From assembly GCF_009914755.1 (NCBI RefSeq), contig NC_060929.1: a stretch of 64,000 nucleotides of DNA. One strand, written 5' to 3'. The notes beneath the pieces were generated by a model that was given only the letters and a program-made list of their open reading frames with translations, made no database searches and had not been told where the DNA came from. Source of the DNA: the human T2T-CHM13v2.0 reference genome, Homo sapiens. Numbering within the stretch: position 1 is the first letter of the stretch; each line of letters starts with the position of its first letter. This document shows positions 55,028 to 64,000 of this stretch, in pieces. A program made the translations under genes and the position numbers.

Positions 55028-57028
55028 TTATGTGGGCTTTAGGCATGACTAGTCCATTATAGATTTCTGTTATACTCTACTGCCTTTGGAAGGAAACCTA
55101 CCAGCAAGAGTGTTCGTTTATTTGTGATTTTATTGGTTTTTATTCAACCTTTGGCTCAAAAGACAGCAACTAGCTTTAGGCATCATGTAGATACCTGATG
55201 CAATATTGATAATTATGCAATATCTGCATGTTAATACTACTGTGAGAGTCGGCACTGGTAGAAATTATCTGTATATAATCTGTATACATGATCTGTATAA
55301 ATGAAATGAGACCACTGTTAATTGTTAGAGAGTAACTTTTTTATTTTAGGGGGAACTGGCTCCTCTTTGAAGCCCGCTTATAAATAAAACCAAGTGAGCT
55401 GAAGTCTCCTAAATGTGCAGGAGATCCCAATCACATACTCTTCTGAGTGTCTAACCGTAGCAGGACCACCCACTTGCGTGGAGGCTGACCTCCTGGTAGT
55501 CCTGGCTATGTGATGTTGGCAGGTATCACTTTTCACACTGGGCAGTTGAGCAGTGGAAAAAGAAATTCTTCTTTTCCAGAAGGATTTTTAAAATTTTAAA
55601 AAAATTTTCCAGAAAACTGGTTTGTGTTCTATCCTCCTGCCTCACCTTCTTTTTAACTTTCAGTTATGTAGCACCACTTTTGGATGAGTTGACTGCAGCC
55701 CATAAGGGAGTGTGTACTTCTCTCTGCTGGTATTGAGGCAGTCATTAATTTTCTAATTGACACTCCAGTCACCTGACACATGCTGCAAGTGGGCTTTTAT
55801 TCTTACTGGGAGAGGTGATTCCAAATCTTCCAATCTTTCTGGTGGCAATTTTTCATGCTGGTGCTACTAATGACATCCAGAAAATTCGCAGTAGATTGCA
55901 CAACTGGAGAAGCAATGTCTAGCACATGACTACACAATAAACGTTTTTATTTGACAAACAGCCTCTATCAAATAGACAAAAATCAGAGCCTATTTTGTGC
56001 TTGCTTTGAATTTGTAGTTACTGATAAACACATTTTTGTCAGATACTAATCCAGAAAATACCTATGTTGCTAAAAAAAGAAAAAAAAGTCCAAATTAGGG
56101 CAGTTGTAAGAGTAACCCGTTTGCTTTATTTCCACAAAAGATAATAACATTTTTCCTGAAACGTGTGTAGTCAACATCTTGAGTTCACTACTCACTTTCC
56201 TGTATTCCCACACATGTTCACAACTCAAACTACTTGCCCTTTCTCCACAACACAGACCTAAGGGTACCCGGAAATCTCTGCACACTTCTGATATGTATGG
56301 TGAGTGGGCCAAAGGTAAAGATCTGCTGTGGGCATGCAATTGCCTCTCAGCTAGCTATACCTCACCTCTCTCATTCTCTACTGCCCAACTGCCAGTGTGA
56401 AATGTGATACTTGTCAACATCACATAGCCAGGACTACCAGGAGGTCAGCCTCACGCAAGTGGGTGGTCCTGCTACACTTAGACACTCAGAAGAGTATGTG
56501 GTTGGGATCTCCTGCACATTTAGGAGACTTGAGCTCACTTTGTTTTATTTATAGGCGGGCTTCAGGAGGAGCCAGTTCCCCCTCAAGTAAAAAAGTTACT
56601 CTACTAATTAACAGTGGTCTCATTTCATTTAACATTTAAAAACAAGTTTGTGAATGTTTTCCAGGAGGCAGAATCACAAAGTTTCCATGGGAGGAACCAA
56701 ATGAACAGGTATCAGTTTGTTTGTCCAACTCCCAGAGGCATCATTGTGCTCGGCCTTTTCCAGGGCTAAATGGCTTTCAAAAATGTAGCTTGGTATAGGC
56801 AGTATTTTACGTCTAGGATGGGAAGAATCTTAGAGCTTATGTGGTCCTATCTCCTAATTTTACAGATGAAGATACTGAAATCTATAGAGGATGACTAAAT
56901 AAGATAATTCATGTAGATTGCTTCCCACACTAACACATAAGGGCTCAACAAATATTAGCTATTATTATATTGTTCTGCAGTTTGCTCTCTCTTGAAATAC
57001 ATGTATCCTTAAAACTGTATATCATGAG

Positions 57029-57666
57029 AACACTTTTACACTGTTGGTGGGACTGTAAACTAGTTCAACCATTGTGGAAGTCAGTGTGGCGATTCCTCAG
57101 GGATCTAGAACTAGAAATACCATTTGACCCAGACATCCCATTACTGGGTATATACCCAAAGGATTATAAATCATGCTGCTATAAAGACACATGCACACGT
57201 ATGTTTATTGCGGCACTATTCACAATAGCAAAGACTTGGAACCAACCCAAATGTCCAACAATGATAGACTGGATTAAGAAAATGTGGCACATATACACCA
57301 TGGAATACTATGCAGCCATAAAAAATGATGAGTTCATGTCCTTTGTAGGGACATGGATGAAACTGGAAACCATCATTCTGAGCAAACTATTGCAAGGACA
57401 AAAAACGAAATACGCATGTTCTCACTCATAGGTGGGAATTGAACAATGAGAACACATGGACACAGGAAGGGGATCATCACACTCCAGGGACTGTTGTGGG
57501 GTAGGGGGAGCGGGGAGGGATAGCATTAGGAGATATGCCTGATGCTGAATGATGAGTTAATGGGTGCAGCACACCAGCATGGCACATGTATACATATGTA
57601 ACAAACCTGCACATTGTGCACATGTACCCTAAAACTTAAAGTATAATAATAATTTTAAAAAAAAAC
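57029..57666 (+). mobile_element. Young 5'-truncated L1PA (about PA3-4)
   Basis: ORF 56970-57431 is the L1 ORF2 C-terminus (HCWWDCKLVQPLWKSVWRFLRDLELEIPFDP...), with 3'UTR and A tail; TSD aactgtatatcatgag / aactatatatcatgag. Confidence 0.97.
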
Positions 57667-57689
57667 AACTATATATCATGAGAGTCTTT

Positions 57690-58880
57690 CTTGGTCTATT
57701 TCATCCAGTTGTATCCATGTATCACTACTTTTTAAATAGTTCTCAATTAATGGACATTTAGGTTATTTGGGTTATTTCTAATTTGTTTCCCATTTCAAAC
57801 AAAGCACAATGAACATGCTTACAGGTGGAGCTTTCCATACCCATGTATTATTTCTGTAGGCTAGATTCCTAGATGTGGGATTGCTGAATGTGTATATTTA
57901 AATTTTAAAAACTACTGTCAAATATTTTTTTCTAGGACTATTCCATGAATTTCAACTTCATCAACCACGTATAAAAAGATTTCCCCACAACCTTGCCTAT
58001 ACTGGAGGCGATCAATCAATAAAACTTTTTTTTTCAATCTAGAAGGTTAAAAAGAAGACAATTTGTTATTGTTTTAGTTGACATTTCCATTATAATTATT
58101 GCAATTGGGCTTCTTGCATGTGTCTGCAAACATTTGCATTTTTCTGTATATATCCTACCATATCGTTTGCTTATTTTTCTATGGGTTATCTTTTTTCTTC
58201 ATTGATTTATATAAGTTATTTATTTATTCAACAAATGCTTATTGCATGTCTGTATGTGTCAGATGATGTCCTGGCACCGAGGCTGTAACAGTGATCAATG
58301 ACTATCATTTGTTTAATACTTAGAATAAACCAGAGGTAATGCCAGGTGATTCTCACAAAAACAAACAAAAATCCTGTGAGCTGAGTTCTGTTGCTATCCA
58401 CTGTGGGTCATTAAACACGCTGAGATTTAGAGACTTGCCCAAAGTCATATAGCTTGTGAATGGCAGAGCCAGAACTTCATCCAAGGCTTGTTTAACATTC
58501 CTCATGATCCGAGGAACTGTGGATGAGGAGAGACTCAAGAACTTACCCAGAGGGATGGTGGCCTGGAGACAAAGTTCCTTGCAGCAAGTGCCTCAGTTTG
58601 AAGTTAATTCTGAGAACCATTAGGGAGTAGAGCTGAGGATAGTCTAATTAAGGACATTTAACTCTTTGTTTGTTACAAGTGTCACAAATATTTCTTCTCA
58701 GTTTTATTGCTTGACTTTTCTTTGGAGTTTTTGGAGTATGTTTGGTACAAATGTAAATTTAAAAATTGTTACGTATCTGTCAATTATTTTCCTGTATGGT
58801 TTCTGGATTTTGTTTCTTACTTAGAAAAGCATTTTCCAAGTCTAGATTATGATAAATTACCTAATATTTCATTTGAATAT
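57690..58880 (-). mobile_element. Degenerate L1ME fragments with interspersed L2/MIR pieces
   Basis: tggacatttaggttattt, gattcctagatgtgggattgctg, tttattcaacaaatgcttattg (L2), gacttgcccaaagtcatatagc (MIR). Confidence 0.6.
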
Positions 58881-58887
58881 GACTTTG

Positions 58888-59248
<361 letters not shown>

Positions 59249-59419
59249 ATGACTTTGATTTTTAATGCTTATATATTTAATTCACTTGCATTTATTTTGG
59301 GGCTGACTTTAGATAAGCCAAACAAGCCTTTTTCTAAATAAAAACAAGTTCTGTCTCATTCACTGCCTTTATTACTCATAGTTATTAAGTTATTTGCTGC
59401 TTAAAGAATCTCAGGTTAT

Positions 59420-59700
59420 GGCTGAGTGTGATGGCTCACACTCATAATCTCAGCACTGGGAAGCTGAGGAGGGAGGATTACTTGAGACCAGGAATTTGAG
59501 ACAAGCCTGGGCAATATAGTGAGACAATGTCTCTACAATAAAAAAAAAAAAAATTAAATTACCTGGGTGCAGGGTGCATGCCTGTAGTCACAGCTACTCA
59601 GGAGGCTGAGGTTGGAGGATCGCTTGAGCCCAGGATTTTGAGGCAGTATGCTATAATCATACCACTGCACTCCAGCCTGGTTGACAGAGCAAGATCCTTT

Positions 59701-59728
<28 letters not shown>
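59420..59728 (+). mobile_element. AluJ
   Basis: ggaggatcgcttgagcccagga; central and terminal A tracts. Confidence 0.9.
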
Positions 59729-59731
<3 letters not shown>

Positions 59732-60523
59732 TGGTTCAGAGATGGGTGTAGAAACAAAGACATTGATAAAAAGTCTATATGAAAGAATTTTGATATTTCA
59801 GTTGCTTTCAAGAGGATTGTAATATGTCTTTCTGCCCTTGGGCACACTAGTGAGTACATGCACACTAGACAAAGACGTCAGCCATTAAACACTTAATCAA
59901 ATAAGTGGTTTCATACATATAGTTCTTACATGATCAAAAAATCAATAACATTTTAAAGCTCCAGTGCTATGAACAATTAGCTTAGTTGACACATATGTTA
60001 CAAATGTAAGGGAGGAACCCATTCGAAGAGAAGCATTAGCTAAGTGGCAAAGGAAGGAAACAAAGACCTTAGGGAAATAAAACACACTCTAGATCGTATT
60101 GGTAATTTCGGAAGTAACTCCCAGACAGTCATACAAGAGCTAGATGCAAAACACCATCCCAGGAACTCAAAGATTTTACTCAACTGTGAGAGGCTAGATA
60201 ATTTGTCAAAAGTAGAAATAATCAGGTACATTTAAAGAAAAATGGTAGGAGCTTCCATTTTCACCCAATATGGAATACCAGGGACCAGATTTACTCTCTC
60301 ACATGAAACAACAACAAAAAGGGATACAATATAGGAAATGATGGTTTGCAAGACACTGGATGTAAGACAACACAGAATTGTGGTCCTTGAGAGATGGGAA
60401 ACAAAAAGGTGAACCTTGCAATCACCCAAGCATACTGCCTTTAGGGTATTTCCAGGGTGAGGCACGGGGAAAGGGAACCCAGTTAGATCTTTGTGATATC
60501 CTGGAGTTGAAGAGATAAAGCTG

Positions 60524-61107
<584 letters not shown>

Positions 61108-62357
61108 CTAGACTGAATATTGCTCTAATTCTAACAAATTTTAAAAGTAAGATCTGAAAAGATCAAAACCATTTCAAAATAACACATTCCAGAGTAAAGC
61201 TCAAGTATATTTATAGGCATACAAAAATATCCAGTACCCAAAAAGGTAAAATTCACAAGATCTGGCATATATAAAAAATTGCCAGGCATGCAAAGAGACA
61301 GGGAAATATGACTTATAATAAAGAGGAAAATCAACCCACCTAAACTGACACAGAACCAACACAGATGTTAGAATTAGCAGATAAGAACATTGAAACAATT
61401 ATAACTGCATTTTATATGTTCAAAAGGTTCAGATTTTTAAAAGACTCAAGTCAAACTTCTAGAGATTATAACTACAATGGGTAGGACGAAAAATACACTG
61501 GATAGAATTATTGGCACATTGCATATTGCAGAAGAAAAGCTTAGTGAACTTGAAGACGTAATAATAGAAACTATATTAAATGAAATACAGAGAACAGATA
61601 AATATTTAAATGAGCTGTGGAACAATTTTAAGCACACTGATATATGTGTAACTGGAGTCCTGAAGGGGAGGAAGACAAAAAATATTTGGGAGAATAAGAC
61701 TAAAAATGTTCTAAATTTGATGAAAATTATACATTTATAGATCCAAGAAGCTCAATGAATCTCAGACACAAGAAACATGACGAAAACTCCTCCAAGGTAC
61801 ATTTTAATTGAATTGTTCAAAAAGATAAATAGAAAATACTAAAAAATGGCCAGTAAAGGAAGTTACACTACCTAAAGTGGAACAAAGTTAGAGATGAGAA
61901 TGTTCCCACTGGAAACAATGCAAGCTAAAAGACAGCGAAGCAACATATTTAAAGTACTGAAAGAAAAAAAGCTGCCAATCTAGACTTCTATGTGCAGCGA
62001 AAATATCTTTCAAAAATAAAGGAAAAATAGTATTATTTTCAGACACACAAAAGCTAAAAGGATTCACCACCAGATCCATCCCACAAGAAAAAATCTTAAA
62101 GGTAGTGTTTAGGCAGAAAAAAAAATGATGCCAGATAGGAAAAAAAAAAAAAAAGATGTACAAAAAGGAATTGAGGAAGACTAGCAATGGCAACTGCATG
62201 GGTAAATATACCATTTTTTTCCTTATTATTTAAATTTATTTAAAAGATAATTGAGTGTTTAAACAAAGAAATAGCAATACAGTATACAGTTTAAAACACA
62301 GGAGAAGTAAAACATGGAAAAACCATACTACAAAGACCAGGAGGGAAGAAATGGAAG

Positions 62358-63050
62358 TGGGATGGACTGAATATTTGTACTCTTGTACTCCAAAGTTCAT
62401 ATATTGAAGCCCTAACTCTTAATGTGATGATATTAGGAGGTGGGGCCTTTGGGAGGTAATTAGGTTTAGATGAGGTTATAAAGCTCTATCTCCTTAATGG
62501 GGTGAAGGTGAAGCCCCATGATATTAGTGCCCTTATAAGAAGAGAGACACCATAGATTCATCTCTCCACCATGCAAGGATACAGCAAAAGGCAAGTCAGG
62601 AAGAGGGCCTGACCAGGAGCTGACTTGACCAGCACCTTGATTTTGGACTTTGTTCATAGCCACCAGAACTGTGAGAAATAAATATCTGCTGTTTAAGCCA
62701 CCCGGTCTATGATATTCCTTTTTTTCTCTCTTTTGAGACAGAGTCTCACTCTGTTGCCCAGGCTGGAATGCAGTGGCGTGATCTTGGCTCACTGTAACTT
62801 CTGCCTCCCAGGTTCAAGGGATTCTCAGCCTCCCAAGTAGCTGGGATTACAGGTGTGTCCCACCACACCCAGCTAAGTTTTGTATTTTTAGTAGAGGCAG
62901 GGTTTCACCATGTTGGCCAGGCTGGTCTTGAACTCCTGACCTGAAGTGATCCTCCTGCCTCGGCCTCCCAAAGTGCTGGGATTACAAGCCTGAGCCACTG
63001 TGCCTGGCCATTCTATGATATTCTGTTATAGCAGCCAGAGCAGACTAACT
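62358..63050 (+). mobile_element. MLT1A/MST-type solo LTR split by an Alu
   Basis: attaggaggtggggcctttgggaggtaattagg; agaactgtgagaaataaat; ttatagcagccagagcagactaa. Confidence 0.85.
62718..63009 (-). mobile_element. AluS
   Basis: Antisense dimer; TSD tctatgatattc at 62706-62717 and 63012-63023. Confidence 0.95.
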
Positions 63051-64000
63051 CTTAATACAACTAAGGAGATAAATGAAAACAATAAAAAATTAAATAGGTT
63101 AATAAATTATCTTAAAAAAACAAAGGAGAAGAGAAGAAAAAGAGAACAAAGAAGCAATGGGGAAAATAGAAAACAAATAAGATAATGAATGTAAACCTAA
63201 CCGTACCAACAATCACATTAATTGCAAATCACCTAAATACTCCAATTAAAAGACAAACATTGTTGGACCCAAGTAAATTCCACCCACAAGAAACTTACTT
63301 TAAATATAAAGACACACATAGATTAAATTTAAAAGGATGAAAAAAGGCATGCCAAGATACCAGCTACTATGTTACTACTATATCATAAAGTGAAATAGAT
63401 TCCTAAACAGCGAAGTGCTATAATGGATAAAGAAAATTATTTCTTAATTATAAAGGGGTCAGTTTATTAAGATGATACATAAATTCTAAACAGTAATTCA
63501 CCTAATAACAGAGCATCAAAATACATGAAGCAACTGATAGAACTTCAAGGTGAAATAGAAAAATCTACATTGTCATGGGGATTTCAACACCCCTCTCTCA
63601 GTAATTGATAAAACAAGATGACAAAATTTAGGAAGTATTCAGAAGATTCGAAAACCAGTTTTAACCCATTGACCTGATTGACATTTGTAGAACAGCAGAA
63701 TACAAATTTCACATTATTTTCAAATGCACACTGGACATGTAGATCATATTCTGGGCCATAAAATAAGTCTTAATAAAGTTATAAAGGATTCAAGTCATAA
63801 GAAGTATGTTCTCCAGAGCCAGTGTAATTGAATTAGAAAAAAATGACAGAAGTATTTCTGGAAAATCCCCAAATATTTAGAGATTGAATAAGATACTTCT
63901 GAATAATCTGTGGATCAAAGAAAAAATCAAAAGAGAAATTAGGAAACATTTGAACTAATAAAAAAGAAAAAAATACATTTTAATTTTTGCAATGCCACTA

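Noticed and set aside
56970-57431. Longest ORF (153 aa) as a gene
   Set aside because: It is the C-terminus of L1 ORF2p in a 5'-truncated L1PA with TSDs

Overview
AT-rich primate (most likely human) genomic DNA, intergenic or deep intronic, made up mostly of interspersed repeats. These include old L1M and younger L1PA LINEs, about 11 Alus, a complete THE1 MaLR provirus, solo MaLR/ERV LTRs, an ERVL internal relic, and Tigger and hAT-Charlie DNA transposons. The only recognisable gene-derived sequence is a disabled, intronless keratin-18 retrocopy (42790-44161, +), nested in an old L1MC that has a 5' inversion. I found no intact protein-coding gene, tRNA, rRNA or CRISPR array, and almost all listed ORFs come from repeats. 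The most unexplained structure is an ungapped 113-bp inverted repeat (100/113 identical) at 34324-34763. Other points of interest are a PRDM9-type hotspot motif in a THE1B solo LTR, an inverted Alu pair only 33 bp apart, a perfect 40-bp duplication in an AluY, and splice-site-bounded candidate non-coding exons. I cannot support a new biological system from the sequence alone. Repeat subfamily names come from my recall of consensus sequences, not from a database search.
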